Made by a program: the position numbers and the translations under genes
The notes under the pieces: model-generated
Seen by the model: the letters and a program-made list of their open reading frames with translations, nothing else
Told to the model about the DNA's origin: nothing
Database searches by the model: none
Assembly: GCF_006345805.1 (NCBI RefSeq)
Contig: NW_021832344.1
Location: 1 to 30,931, forward strand
DNA length: 30,931 nt
Direction of reading: 5' to 3'
Source of the DNA: Octopus sinensis
Taxonomy: Eukaryota
Shown: one piece after another, positions 1-11,845 of the stretch
Position numbering within the stretch: position 1 is the stretch's first letter
Layout: every line of letters begins with the position of its first letter

Positions 1-736
1 TAATATATAATTATATACTTACATATATGTATACTTGAACTATAAAAACATTTTATGTGTCTATGCTTGTTATGGAGGGTTATATGTTGACCAAGATATA
101 AGGACACAGCTTGTATACGTATACATAAAACAGTGATTCAGGGAATAAGATTTCATTTCCTATAGATCGATATACATTTTTAAAAATTACATTAACTTGT
201 ATAAATAATGTGATATAATAAAATCATAGCTATTTATTGAATCTGACAACAAAAATTCCGACGGTAGACGGACCAAACATATGGCATTTTAAATGAAGCT
301 ATTGCGATTATTCTAGGTGTTCATTGAGAATAAACGTATGAATCCTGTGCTATAATAAGTCATATACCATAGAAACAATATATTTAATGTCCATAACCGG
401 TTTTTGGACAACAGCGCTGTTTGTGTCGATCATTTACACAAAAGCTAAAAGTTCACATTAAAGAAAGGTCGCATAGGGGTTATTACAGAGCACGAATCGG
501 CGATACTGTAAGACAGAACAGGGAATAATATCAAATGTTTACTTGCTAACCGTTTATAATGCAGAAACCCTAATACATTGGTCTATCTAGGAAGCGTTCA
601 AAAAGAACTTGGAAATGTGAAGAACTATATTTTAGAAATATATATTTCATTATATTTTGAAGTTATACGTACGTAAAACTGTTTGGTTATACATACAAAT
701 TAGCGGGCAATTTCACTAGTTGCGATCATACAGCTA

Positions 737-877
737 TAAAGTTGTCCCAAAATTTCGTAGAAAGTCTTGGAAAATAATGGTCTTTATTTTGAGGAATAAT
801 TTTTGTTGTTTTTGTTAGTACTTGGCGAGTAAAAATTCAATTTTCGCAAGTGTTTACGAACTTTTGGGACAACTTAA
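737..877. mobile_element. Mariner-type MITE remnant (141 bp, TA-flanked)
   Basis: Left end TA|TAAAGTTGTCCCAAAATTTCGTA matches the reverse complement of the right end TA|TTAAGTTGTCCCAAAAGTTCGTA with 2 mismatches. TA is present on both sides (735-736, 878-879). Confidence 0.6.
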
Positions 878-945
878 TATTATCTCATTTAACTAAAATC
901 TAGTACAAAAGGGGAAAATAGAGATCAATTTATGTATATTTATAT

Positions 946-1390
946 GAGTGGGCGTGTGGTAAGAAGCTTGTTTGCCAACCACATGGTTCCGAGTTCAGTT
1001 CCATTGCGTGGCACTTTGGGCAAGTATTTTCTACTATAGCCTCTGGCCGACCAAAGCCTTGTGTGAGTGGATTTGGTAGACGGAAACTGAGAAACATCCG
1101 TCGTATATATAGTATATATATGTATATAATATATATATATAGTATATATATATATTATATATATATATATATATATATTGTGTGTGTGTGTGTGTATGTT
1201 TGTGCACCCACCATCGCTTGACAAATGATGTTGGCGTGTTTACATTCCCGTAACTTAGTGGTTCGGCAAAAGAGGCCGATAGAATAAGTACTAGGCTTAC
1301 AATGAATAAGTCCTGGGGTCGATTTGTTCGACTAAAGATTGTGCTCCAGCATGGCCTCAGTCAAATGACTGAAACAAATAAAAGAATAAA
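946..1390 (+). mobile_element. tRNA-derived SINE, family A
   Basis: A-box-like head, B-box-like GAGTTCAGTTCC, internal (TA)n(TG)n tract and 3' ...GACTGAAACAAATAAAAGA. Colinear with the copies at 14481, 20586 and 30538. Confidence 0.9.
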
Positions 1391-1885
1391 CGAATGTTTG
1401 CATGTGTGTGTGTGTATTTTTCCTTTATTGTTAATCGATAGAAACCGTCAAAATTGACTCAAGGGCCGATAGTTTTGTTCATGGAACTTACTTATCAGTA
1501 ATAACTGATCCTCTGCACCAAACCGTATTTCAAGATTATTTTCTCTATTTATAGTATTTATTTCATAATTCAGTGATGCACAACGAGAATTTTTCCTCCA
1601 AGTATTTATTGTTATATATTATATTCCTAGTTCTTTGTTCTTGCTGTAGCACAAATGAAACATGAAACACTATGTCCCTCTCTTGCTTGAACTTCTCTTC
1701 AACTATTTTTTCTATATATAGGACTGGTGAAAGCAATGGCTAACGATTTGTTTTCCATATGCAATCGAAAGTTTGTGCTAAATCAAATATTTTCTGTAAA
1801 ACAAAATCATAGGATGATCAGAATCGAGAGGTTAGGAGTAAGATTCGTGAAGTTTTCTGCTTCTGGAAATAACGCACAATAGTAT

Positions 1886-2272
1886 GGAGTGGAAGCACTC
1901 CGTCGGTTACGACGATGAGTTCCGGTTGATCCGAATCAACGGAACACCCTGCTGTGAAATTAACGGTAAGTGGCTGAGCACTCCACAGACACGTGCACCC
2001 TTAACGTGTTCTCGGGGATATTTCAGCGTGACACGAAGAGAGTGACAAGGCGGGCCCCTGAATACAGGTACAACAGAAACAGGAAGTAAGTGAGGGAACA
2101 GGAAAGTTGTGGTGAAAGAGTACAGCAGGGATCACCACCATCCCCTGCCAGAGGCTCGTGGAGCTTTAGGTGTTTTCGCTCAATAAACACTCACAACGCC
2201 CGGTCTGGGAATCGAAACAGCGATCCTACGACCGCGAGTCCGCTGCCCTAACCACTGGGCCATTGCGCCTCC
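1886..2272 (-). mobile_element. tRNA(Arg)-like SINE, family B, with 14-bp TSD
   Basis: Minus-strand head GGAGGCGCAATGGCCCAGTGGTTAGGGCAGCGGACTCGCGG (A box, TCG anticodon-like), followed by a B-box-like motif. TSD ACGCACAATAGTAT at 1872-1885 and 2273-2286. Colinear with the copies at 17154 and 18354. Confidence 0.92.
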
Positions 2273-2346
2273 ACGCACAATAGTATAAATATACTGGAAT
2301 TAGTTTTAAATAACCTCTATCTATTAGAATAAAAAGCTCGTTCTCG

Positions 2347-2540
2347 AGTCATATAGGGTCATAGGGCGGACTTTTCAGATTTTCTGGAGCATATACCCTT
2401 CGCAAGACATGAGCCGTCGCAGGAATACTCAGTTTTGCCAGTAAGTGGTCTGAAACAAGGCGAAATGAACTGCTTTCCTCGACAACACACAACGCAACGC
2501 GCGGTCCAGTAATCAAAACCACAACCTTACGATCACTAAA
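2347..2540 (-). mobile_element. Diverged tRNA-SINE fragment (other family)
   Basis: Minus strand reads GATCGTAAGGTTGTGGTTTTGATTACTGGACCGCGCGTTGCGTTGTGTGTTGTCGAGGAAAGCAGTTCATTTC, resembling the B-box/post-head region of family B. Confidence 0.5.
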
Positions 2541-2542
2541 CC

Positions 2543-2560
2543 ACACACCCACACACACCT

Positions 2561-2607
<47 letters not shown>

Positions 2608-2615
2608 CACACACA
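2543..2615. repeat. (CA)n microsatellite
   Basis: Direct inspection. Confidence 0.95.
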
Positions 2616-2626
2616 AATATATATAT

Positions 2627-2839
2627 ATTTCTTTATTACCCACAAGGGGCTAAACATAGAGGGGACAAACAAGGACAGACATAGGTATTAAGTCGATTAC
2701 ATCGACCCCAGTGCGTAACTGGTGCTTAATTTATCGACCCCGAAAGGATGAAAGGCAAAGTCGACCTCGGCGGAATTTGAACTCAGAACGCTGCGGCGGA
2801 CGAAATACCGCAAAGCATTTCGCCCGGCGTGCTAACGAT
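2627..2839 (-). mobile_element. tRNA-derived SINE, family C (about 20 bp missing at the 5' end)
   Basis: Reverse complement aligns along its length with the full-length copies at 19000-19234 and 23603-23837. Confidence 0.9.
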
Positions 2840-3629
2840 ATATATATTGTAGTATTGCCTCAAATGTACTTTGAGAAAACTCTTCAGCACGGAAACTGTC
2901 GTACGTCTATGAGGCAGAATAAAATAATATTTACTCGTCTCTTCTTCATATGAAATTCATTTTTCACTGTCAGTCTTCTCGGATATAATTGTAATCAATA
3001 CGAATCTATATATATATATATATACACGTATGTGTGTGTGTATATGAATTCTGGTCTTTATTAATGGCTTATGGCAATCATCTCAGCTCTCTGTGATACT
3101 TTAATATCATCATTTGTTTTAAAGCTATTTATTGGATTAACAAGAAATAAAACTAAAAAGCAGCTAGACCCAAAAACATTCGAATAATAATGGGTTATAG
3201 GGCTTCTGTTAAAATATGCGACAATTCAATTTTTGTTGTTCTTGGTGTTGTTTTTGTTCTTGTTGTTTTAGGGGAGGGTAATTTAGTTTGATTTTGTCTT
3301 CTGTATTATTTCATTCGCGGCGGGGGGTTTTTACACCGCCAAATAAATTCAGTACACGATTTTTGTATATATTCAAAAATTACACGAGAAAAAAAATAAA
3401 ACAAAACAAACCGACACAAATAAAAAAAAAAATACCAATGAAATTAAGATGAATGTTAAGAAAAGAAAGTTACAAGTATTTTTTCCTCTCCAAATCAATT
3501 CAATATTTCTTTTATCAGTCATGTGTCTAACTTGCTTCAATGAAAAAAAAAAATATGCGAACAGCATAAAGAAACTTTTTCCCCCCAAAGTATTTTTCAT
3601 TTCACTTTTAAAGATAATGTAAATTATGA

Positions 3630-3664
3630 AATGTATATATACATACATACATACATACATACAT

Positions 3665-3741
<77 letters not shown>

Positions 3742-4165
3742 TATATATATATATTTATATATATGTGTGTGTATGTGTGTATGCGTGTATATGTGTATGT
3801 ATATATATATATATATAATTGTATGTGTATGTATGTGTATATATACATATATGTATGTATTATGGGTGTATATATTTATATACGCTCATACACATCCAAA
3901 CAATACCCAAACACGTGCGCACTTGCATACGCCCGCATACATACACGTATGTACAATAATGTTTGTCTGTACATGTGTATATGCAATGTAACTACGCATA
4001 TGCGTAGAATACTTATGGATAGACATATGTGTAAGTGCTTATGAATCAACAGTACACGAATACATATATAAATAGAGATAGACCTATAGACAGACAGATA
4101 GACAGATAGACAAACAGGCACATCATATATATATGCCTAAATGCATACATATACGCATAAATTCA

Positions 4166-4221
<56 letters not shown>

Positions 4222-4235
4222 TATATATATATTAT
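3630..4235. repeat. Compound (TACA)n/(CA)n/(TA)n/(GATA/GACA)n microsatellite block
   Basis: Direct inspection. Explains the YI/HT/CV-repeat ORFs in the track. Confidence 0.9.
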
Positions 4236-4486
4236 ATACTTATTTAATACGCTTATACATATCCACATGTATGTGTGTTTGTATATAAATGTTAAGTGAG
4301 ACAGTTTTTAAGAAGAATCAATTTTGTTTTGTCTGTGGCAACAAATGCTATTTTTCCTTCTTAAAACGCCAGTTAAAATATCAAAACATCTTGGAGATGA
4401 ATTTTCATTTTCTTCTTCTCAGTATTTTCCATTTAGAAGATGAGTTTATCATAACTAAAACTGTAGGTGGCTTCTCGACACTATTA

Positions 4487-4603
4487 TGATGAGAATGATG
4501 ATGACGATGATGATGACGACGACGACGACGACGACGATGATGATGATGATGATTATGGTGGTGGTGATGATGATGATGACGATGACGGTGAAGAAGAAGA
4601 AAA
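4487..4603. repeat. Compound trinucleotide array (ATG/ACG/GTG/AAG)
   Basis: Direct inspection. Confidence 0.9.
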
Positions 4604-5219
4604 TGTGGACGAGTGAGGCCGTGACAATGGCGAAGCTTCCGAGGAATGCATCGCATAGATGAATAAGTATATAAACTGTTGTACAGCTCTTAAGTTTCTC
4701 TCTTGTTAACTCTTCATGGTTTTAAGACCTACGTAGTTTAACACACTCCATATTAACAACCCACACCATTACATAACTCTAAATATATGTTAAATATTAC
4801 TCTAACCAGGATAAGCCTTGTATTAATTTAGTCCCATTCATAGTAAAATCAAGCTGAGAATATCACAATGTATTCTTTCTCTATTTAAAGTTTATTCGTG
4901 GGGATTTATAGCTTAATTTTAAGTGTTTATTCTCGCTATGCCAATCTCCTGTATCTTTAATTAATTTTTCATCTTTACAATCAATATCCCATTTCTACAG
5001 ACCCATTTTCCTTGCTAGATGAGTTGTCACTTCCTTCAACGATCAACCTTCTCTTCAATCTTCTCCTCTTCGTAACAGTCCCAATTACACCTTCGTACAA
5101 AATACACAGACACGTATTTACGTAAATACATTCATACATACTTACATATATAAATGCACATATACATAGTGTGGCAACACCATTTTCTCTCTTTCGTTTT
5201 TCCTTTCTTTCTTTTTACT

Positions 5220-5510
5220 TGGTGTCAAGTGGTAGTGGGGACAAACACATACACAAACACACACATTTATACACTCATGCATGCATACATACATATATAT
5301 ACACATAAATATATACATATATACATATATTTATACTCACACACGCACGTATATATATACGACGGGCTTCTTTCAGTTTCCATCTACAAAATCCACTCAC
5401 TAATTTTGGTCGGCCCGAGGCCATAGGAGAAGACACTTGACCAAGTCGCCATGCAGTGAGACCGAACCCGAAACCTTGTGGTTAGGAAGCAACTATCTTA
5501 CCACACAGCC
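5220..5510 (-). mobile_element. SINE family A, diverged and 3'-truncated, with expanded internal microsatellite
   Basis: 5360-5510 is the reverse complement of the family A 5' half. 5220-5245 (GGTGTCAAGTGGTAGTGGGGACAAAC) matches the segment beyond the internal repeat. Confidence 0.8.
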
Positions 5511-5733
5511 TCGAATATGTGGACAAACGAAAGAAAAAGCCTCTCAGCATATTTTGTATGAGTCACATGTATTATTATTTAAAATAGTTTGATTCGGCTC
5601 CATGCGACTTTCGCGGGCCCCTAACAGAAGGCCGTCTCCTTCTGGGTTTGATGACTGTTTCCGCAACATATATATATAATATATCATATATATATATATA
5701 TATATATATATGCATATATGTATATTATCTATG

Positions 5734-5772
<39 letters not shown>

Positions 5773-5778
<6 letters not shown>

Positions 5779-5946
5779 AAGACCCCCTTCGGTCATGAGT
5801 GACCATGGGTTTGCACCTAGAGAGTTACCCTCTGAGGCACAAGTCTGGGCAAGGTTGTTTTTATGGAAGACCAGTAGTCGCACATGCATACCGGCCTCCC
5901 CTCTCCACGCCACCAGTGTTATCCAAGGGAAAGACAAAGGCCGATA
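5773..5946 (-). mobile_element. 3' portion of a SINE/LINE-tail retroposon ending at a (TA)n tract
   Basis: GC-rich segment GGCCTTTGTCTTTCCCTTGGATAAC...CATGACCGAAGGGGGTC running into (TA)n. Recognised from memory as a retroposon 3' tail; family not assigned. Confidence 0.55.
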
Positions 5947-6297
5947 TATATATATTTCAGTTCGAATCGCACGTGTCTCGAGATGGGATAGAGAGTTTCT
6001 ATTTTGGATATACTTGGGGTACTTAATTGTGCTCATGACTTAGTGTTCACTTCTTCCATGGGTATAAGTAAGTATTTCACTTATTTCTTTCCGCATTTAT
6101 CACTGATGAAGGGAAGGTTCTTATGAATTAACTCTGAAATCGGGTCCGATATGGTAATAACGGAATTTGTTAGAAAAATTCTGTCGGCTTTCTTCGAAAC
6201 GCGTGCTTGTAGTAATAAATTACATGGTTATTGACGTTGTCTATTTTCGGCATATTTTGACATTAGAAATTTTTTCTTTTTCCCTTGCTTATAAATT

Positions 6298-6341
<44 letters not shown>

Positions 6342-6348
6342 ATATATA

Positions 6349-6754
6349 GGAAAAAAGCAACAAGAATGGATCAAAATATCGGTACAATTGTTTCGTACGA
6401 GGACATCTTTAATAAGCTACAAAAATGCAGTAAATATAGTAAATATAGATGGCTCGTACTCGTCAGCCGAAAAAACATCAGAGATTCCCAAACATCAAAA
6501 GGGGTAGATACAAATGAGAGTGTAAGTTTAACTGCATTGAAGAAAGTTCGATTCCTGGAGATCCGATGAAATGTCTTGAACTTACAGAATTTATGCATGT
6601 CCATATATAGCTCATAGTGAGTAGATAATCAAGTTATGTGAAGAAATTTTGGATACAGTCATGCGAAATTTCTGAGAATCCGAGTAAGAAGCAAAGATGT
6701 CCTCGTACGAAACAATTGTACCGATATTTTGATCCATTCTTGTTGCTTTTTTAC
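6349..6754. mobile_element. 406-bp MITE with ~62-bp TIRs, TA-flanked
   Basis: 6351-6410 is the exact reverse complement of 6693-6752 (60/60). TA at 6347-6348 and 6755-6756. No transposase is recognisable inside. Confidence 0.85.
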
Positions 6755-6874
6755 TATTTGTAATCACCACACTTGTCGTATGGTTAATACCATATAGATT
6801 TCCGGTGCATCCTAGTTAAGGACCATATTCATGGGAATTCATTAGAATTCACTGAATCTCATTACTTAAACCGA

Positions 6875-6908
<34 letters not shown>

Positions 6909-7429
6909 ATATTATATATATAAAGAATTTATAAGCAAGGGCAAAATAAAAAATTTTATATAATATTTATATATGAACAGTCATTTGAACAGTCATTCGC
7001 CCCAACCTTATACAATTAGCGAAGAAGCCATCGAACCAAAGAAGGCGGTTGAATAGTGGTCGGTTGAGCAGCTGGAAATAGCATGCAAATATCTCTCAAA
7101 AGTCACCTATTCGACTTTGAAAAACCAAGGTCAAATTGGATATTGTTTAGAACGAGGATCCACTGCTGTGTACCAAGGACTTCTATTATAGTATCATAGC
7201 AACTACTTTCTGAACATAATATGTATCATGATGTAGCTGATGTCATTGATAAAGATAAGAAATATAGGGTGTCGTGGACAACCGTGGAATATACAGACAC
7301 GAAGTTAGATATTGATCTGTGTTTGTTGTAGCTATCAATAAAACATCAAATTATCTTCACATACCGGAGCGAAAGAACTGAGCGCTGTAAAGAATACGTA
7401 AAATATATACATGCATGTCTGCAGGTTTA

Positions 7430-7434
7430 CATGC

Positions 7435-7465
<31 letters not shown>

Positions 7466-7736
7466 TGTATGTATGTATGTATGTATGTATGTTTGCATAT
7501 TTATATGTATGTATGTGTATATATATGTTTGTGTGTGTGTGCGCGCGCGTAGCGTGTGTGTATGCGTGCGTGTGAGTATATCTTTCGATGTATATGGGTG
7601 TGTGTCTCTTTATGCGTGTATATATATTTATTTATAAATATACACACACATACATATATATATATAATATATTATATATATATTATATAATAATTAATAT
7701 TTATAATCATGTAATGTTTGTGTACATACACATGCG

Positions 7737-7768
<32 letters not shown>

Positions 7769-7878
7769 CACACACATATATATATATAATATATATATAA
7801 CTCTATCTATACATATATACATATATAAAGGTATAAATATGTATGTGAGTATATATAAACGTATAAATATGTGTGTGA

Positions 7879-7933
<55 letters not shown>

Positions 7934-8110
7934 TATATATTATACATATACATATATACATATATAAAGTAAAAATATGTGTGTGAGTATATATATATAT
8001 ATACACCCACACACATGGATACACGCACACATTCACACAAACAAACACGCTTACACACATGCGCAGGCACATATGCATAGTAAATACGTGTGTGTGTGTG
8101 TATTTGTGTG
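7430..8110. repeat. Compound (TATG)n/(TG)n/(TA)n/(CA)n block
   Basis: Direct inspection. Confidence 0.9.
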
Positions 8111-8467
8111 TGTGTGCGCGAGTGTATGTGCGCGTGTGTATTTGTCTATTAAACAATGTTGATGAACGTGCGGATAGATCAAAGTATAGAAAAGGAGCGA
8201 AAATAAAATTGATGGAAAGAATGAAAAATGGGAAAACGGGAAGACAAGAGAATCGTAGATGATGAAGATATGGGTGAAAAATGGCCGCCGAAGCAAGGGA
8301 TCAAGAAAGAAGAAACGTTAGAAAGGGAGAGGGAGAGGAGGAAGAGGAAATGTAAGATGCGAAAGAGAACAAAGAGAATTATATGAGAAATATATAAGAA
8401 GAAAAAAAACTGACACAAGATTAGGAAGGTAATAATGATACTTATGATGATAAAATATTACAATAAG

Positions 8468-8514
8468 AACAACAACAAAAACTATAACTACTACTTTTAC
8501 TACTACTACTACTA

Positions 8515-8562
<48 letters not shown>

Positions 8563-8563
8563 T
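8468..8563. repeat. (ACA)n/(ACT)n trinucleotide array
   Basis: Direct inspection. Confidence 0.9.
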
Positions 8564-8588
8564 ACTTGAAATTTGGAGAAGAGGAATA

Positions 8589-8677
8589 GTCGAATACATC
8601 GACCCCAGTGTTTCACTGTTACTTAATTTATCGACCCCGAAAAGATGAAAGGCAAAGTCGACCGCGGCGGAATTTTA
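8589..8677 (-). mobile_element. SINE family C internal fragment
   Basis: AGTCGAATACATCGACCCCAGTG...GAAAGGCAAAGTCGACCGCGGCGGAATTT matches the other family C copies. Confidence 0.8.
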
Positions 8678-8767
8678 AGTGAATAATAATAATATAATAA
8701 TAATAATATAATAATAATAATAATAATATAATAATAATAATGATAATAATAATAATAAAAATAAGAG

Positions 8768-9158
8768 AGATCATGAAGAAAAAAAATGCTTTCTAATTGA
8801 TGTATCAATACCGGCTGATGACAACGCGTCTCTAAAAGAAATGGAGAAACTCTCAAAATACAAAGACCTGGAATAGATGTAACTAGAATGTGGAATCTGA
8901 AAACAGAAAAAATTCCTATCATAGTAGGTGCATTAGGCATGATAAAAAATATTCAGACAAATACATAACAAAAACACCAGGACTTACAAACACATATAAC
9001 ATACAGAAAATTGCACTACTAGGCACTGCACACATCCTACGCAGAACACTTTCCATACAATAACCATCAAGCATCACAACAAATCACAGCACATACCCAA
9101 GGCACACAGAGCTGTGCTCGTAGTGAAGTGAAAGCACGCTATAAAAATAAAACTACTG
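8768..9158 (+). mobile_element. 5'-truncated R4/Dong-like LINE (RLE C-terminus plus 3' UTR) between (TAA)n arrays
   Basis: Manual translation across frameshifts: DHEEKKCFLIDVSIPADDNASLKEMEKLSKYKDLE..TRMWNLKTEKIPIIVGALGM..IQKIALLGTAHILRRTLSIQ* (stop 9061-9063). (TAA)n lies on both sides (8682-8762, 9161-9217). Confidence 0.85.
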
Positions 9159-9159
9159 A

Positions 9160-9215
<56 letters not shown>

Positions 9216-9258
9216 TAATAATAACGATATCAATAATAATAGTAGTAACTAATAATAA

Positions 9259-9560
9259 TCAAGATCATAGCTTATTGACCCGGAACTATCAAGCCAACGT
9301 GATGAAAATGGAGCAGACCCAAAGTGCTGATACCGTAACGATGAGCTTGAAACGGTGAACCACCATATCTCTGAGTGTCAGGTTTTAATACCAGTCGAGT
9401 ATAAATCTAGAGAACCAAAACTGCTGACAAATGGCACAAGCATCGTCCTGCGTTTGTAATTGAAGGAGAAAAATGAAACGATTCTTTGGGACTTTCCGGT
9501 ACATACAGACCCGACCATCAAAGCTTAATAAGCCAGATATTTTGAAAATCAAAGCAATAA
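9259..9560 (+). mobile_element. R4/Dong-like LINE fragment (zinc-knuckle to RLE region, internally deleted)
   Basis: Manual translation across frameshifts: SLLTRNYQANVMK..DPKC..ELETVNHHISECQVLIPVEYKSR..WHKHRPAFVIEG..TILWDFPVHTDPTIKA.KPDI. Confidence 0.75.
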
Positions 9561-9584
9561 AATTATATCTCGGCAAAACAAAAC

Positions 9585-9780
9585 CAAATTCGGTTGTCAA
9601 GTGGTTGTGGGGGTACAAGTACACACACAAAGACGCGTTCGCACACACGTTCATAAAAGTTTTCGTTGGCCCGGGACTATAGTTGAAGGCATTTGCCCAA
9701 GGAATCAAGCCATGGGATTGAAACCGGTATCATGTGGTTGGGAAAGCAAGCTTCTTACCACACAGCCAATTCTGCGGCAA
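9585..9780 (-). mobile_element. Diverged SINE family A-related copy
   Basis: GTTGGCCCGGGACTATAGTTGAAGGCATTTGCCCAAGG...CATGTGGTTGGGAAAGCAAGCTTCTTACCACACAGCC is the reverse complement of a family A head. Confidence 0.7.
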
Positions 9781-9894
9781 TATGTATATATATATATATA
9801 TATATGAAGGGTTGTAATATAAGTATATGTTTACATACAAGCATCTATATATTTTATATAATACTTTTGCATTCAGTCATACATTCATTTACAC

Positions 9895-9981
9895 ATACAT
9901 GAATGCGTACATACATACACATACATACACACACACATACATACGTACATAGATACATACATACATACATACATACGTACA

Positions 9982-10015
<34 letters not shown>

Positions 10016-10040
10016 CATACATACATATATACATATATGC
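9895..10040. repeat. (TACA)n microsatellite
   Basis: Direct inspection. Confidence 0.9.
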
Positions 10041-10349
10041 ATATGCAAATACAGCTTGTTGTGTGTAGGTTGTTTGTGCTCAAAATCTTATGACTGTGCA
10101 CAGGTGCAACGAATGAGTTTATGTATTTTCTAGTCGTCATATAAATTCCATCCGCCATATCCGGAGATGGAATCTGCGTCAGAATATAAAACATCCAAGA
10201 CGGTTTCTCATTTTTGCAAGCAGAGTTGCGTGTGTACCTATGTAGGCACGTATGTGTGTGTGCGTATAATGTATGTATATATGAAAGAAAGAATGACATG
10301 AAGTGAAAAAGAGAGCGAGAAAGAGAGAGAGGGAGGGTGTGTGTGTGTA

Positions 10350-10380
<31 letters not shown>

Positions 10381-10934
10381 AGGTGAAAATAGAGAAAGGC
10401 ATAAACTTAGTTTTATGGAGAAAATACGGATGGTCAACTGAGGAATCTGAAATCTGTTTACTTACCGAAGATGAATAAAATCTACTTGATTACTCTATCG
10501 TATGCTATCTGGTAGCGGGTTGGCATCTTCTCAAAACAGTTGCACTTGAATCTGGTCTTCCTTCAATAAAGTATTCACAGGAATTAATAAATAACAGCTG
10601 TTTCTGCAGGCAAATAGTTTTACATTAGACTAAAATTTAGCTTAAAATAGATAAATAAATAACAAATAATTTTAAAATGTTAAGGCTCTAATAATAGTTA
10701 ATTAATATAAATATTAAATTCTTGAACAATTCTACATTCCTGCTTCAAGAGGTTTATTGCGAATTTCTGCGAATGTATTTTTAGCGATTCTTTCGATTTA
10801 GATGCTTGGCAAGTTAAAGTTAAATAAAACCATGCTTTTACTAATGAAACTTGAATAAAATTCAAACATGTCGAGAGTTATCTCCCATAGTCACCGAAAA
10901 ATATTTAAGAAGAAAATCATATCATTTCTTTGAA

Positions 10935-11130
10935 TAATATTGGTTTCAAATTTTGGTACAAGAATAGCAAGTTTGGTGAGGGATAAGTTGCTTACATCGA
11001 CCCTAGTACTCAAATCAGACTTAGTTTATCGACCTCAAAAGGATGAAAGACAAAGTCGATTTCTGTGGGATCTGAACTCAGAACGTAAAGATGAAAAGCC
11101 GCTAAGCATTTTGCCGGCTCACCGCCTTAA
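10935..11130 (-). mobile_element. Diverged SINE family C-related copy
   Basis: TACATCGACCCTAG..TTTATCGACCTCAAAAGGATGAAAGACAAAGTCG..TGAACTCAGAACGT..GCTAAGCATTTTG..CGCCTTA aligns with family C. Confidence 0.7.
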
Positions 11131-11321
11131 ATAAATATTAGATATTCTGATATCCGTATTTTGTTTATCGTGAAGATGATTTCAAAAGACCGATTTCATT
11201 ATATTTTCTCCGCAACAAGAGTAAATATACAATTGTATAATAAATAAATATATATTCAATATGCATCAACAATTAATATACTACCGTTTTGGTGAATATA
11301 TACTTTACTATATAATATATA

Positions 11322-11545
11322 CAGGTTGTCCATAAATTACCTTTACAATTTGAAAAAATCAGGAAAAATAAAAAAATAAAGATAATTCAGCAGAGTTTAA
11401 TAGATAACCCAGACAAACATATGTAGATTTACTAAAAATACTACAACACTTCCACGTGGACTCCATTAGGTATAAAGAAGTTGGATCTCATCTTTAATAG
11501 ATGCAAAAATTTTGCAAGATGTAAGGATAATTTATGAAAATCCTG
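11322..11545. mobile_element. Tc1/mariner-type MITE (224 bp, TA-flanked)
   Basis: Left TA|CAGGTTGTCCATAAATTACCTTTACA versus right reverse complement TA|CAGGATTTTCATAAATTATCCTTACA (5 mismatches). Confidence 0.65.
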
Positions 11546-11548
11546 TAT

Positions 11549-11700
11549 TAGTACAGCTCTATATTTAAGAGATAAGGAATTATGTACATAATTTACATTA
11601 TTTACATTTGACGGATATTTGTCCTCATCTTGTTTGTTGTTAACACAACGTTTCGGCTAATATACCCTCCAGCCTTCATCAGGTGTCTTGAGGAAATTTC
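11549..11700 (-). mobile_element. Penelope-like element pLTR fragment (inverted relative to the adjacent RT)
   Basis: Contains a hammerhead core on the minus strand and abuts a Penelope RT fragment in the opposite orientation. The outer boundary is approximate. Confidence 0.65.
11642..11687 (-). ncRNA. Minimal type I hammerhead ribozyme motif (Penelope-associated)
   Basis: Minus strand: GACAC-CTGATGA-A-GGCTG-GAGGGTATAT-TAGCC-GAAA-CG-TT-GTGTT. Intact core, stem I GACAC/GTGTT, stem II GGCTG/TAGCC, and palindromic ACGT in place of helix III. Confidence 0.75.
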
Positions 11701-11701
11701 A

Positions 11702-11845
11702 CGCACCAAGTATGGATTCAGGACATCAATATACCGCAAGCCGACCTTTACTGGATGATACCTTAACTTCAATTCCCACCATCAATTCAGTGTAAAAAGA
11801 GGGATTGCTCAGTGCCTAAAACAACACCGAGCAAAAAGAATACAA
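11702..11845 (+). pseudogene. Penelope-like reverse transcriptase fragment (thumb region)
   Basis: In-frame RTKYGFRTSIYRKPTFTG*YLNFNSHHQFSVKRGIAQCLKQHRAKRI, matching the Penelope-type TSIYRKPT.TG.YL.F.S.H motif. One nonsense codon at 11756-11758. Confidence 0.8.

Noticed and set aside
415-530. CLCRSFTQKLKVHIKERSH, superficially like a C2H2 zinc finger
   Set aside because: Spacing does not fit C-x2-4-C-x12-H-x3-5-H and there are no neighbouring fingers.
1730-1885. Candidate plus-strand exon after TTTTTTCTATATATAG (GLVKAMANDLFSICNRKF...)
   Set aside because: About 50 open codons with no recognisable motif and no convincing donor site, which is expected by chance.
4730-5095. Possible degraded transposase N-terminus on the minus strand (KRRRL..SDNSS..)
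   Set aside because: Multiple stops, no catalytic motif and no TIRs found.
10466-10603. Candidate 138-bp exon on the minus strand (CCTGCAG acceptor, CG|GTAAGT donor)
   Set aside because: All three frames contain stops and no partner exon is identifiable. A non-coding exon cannot be excluded without RNA-seq.
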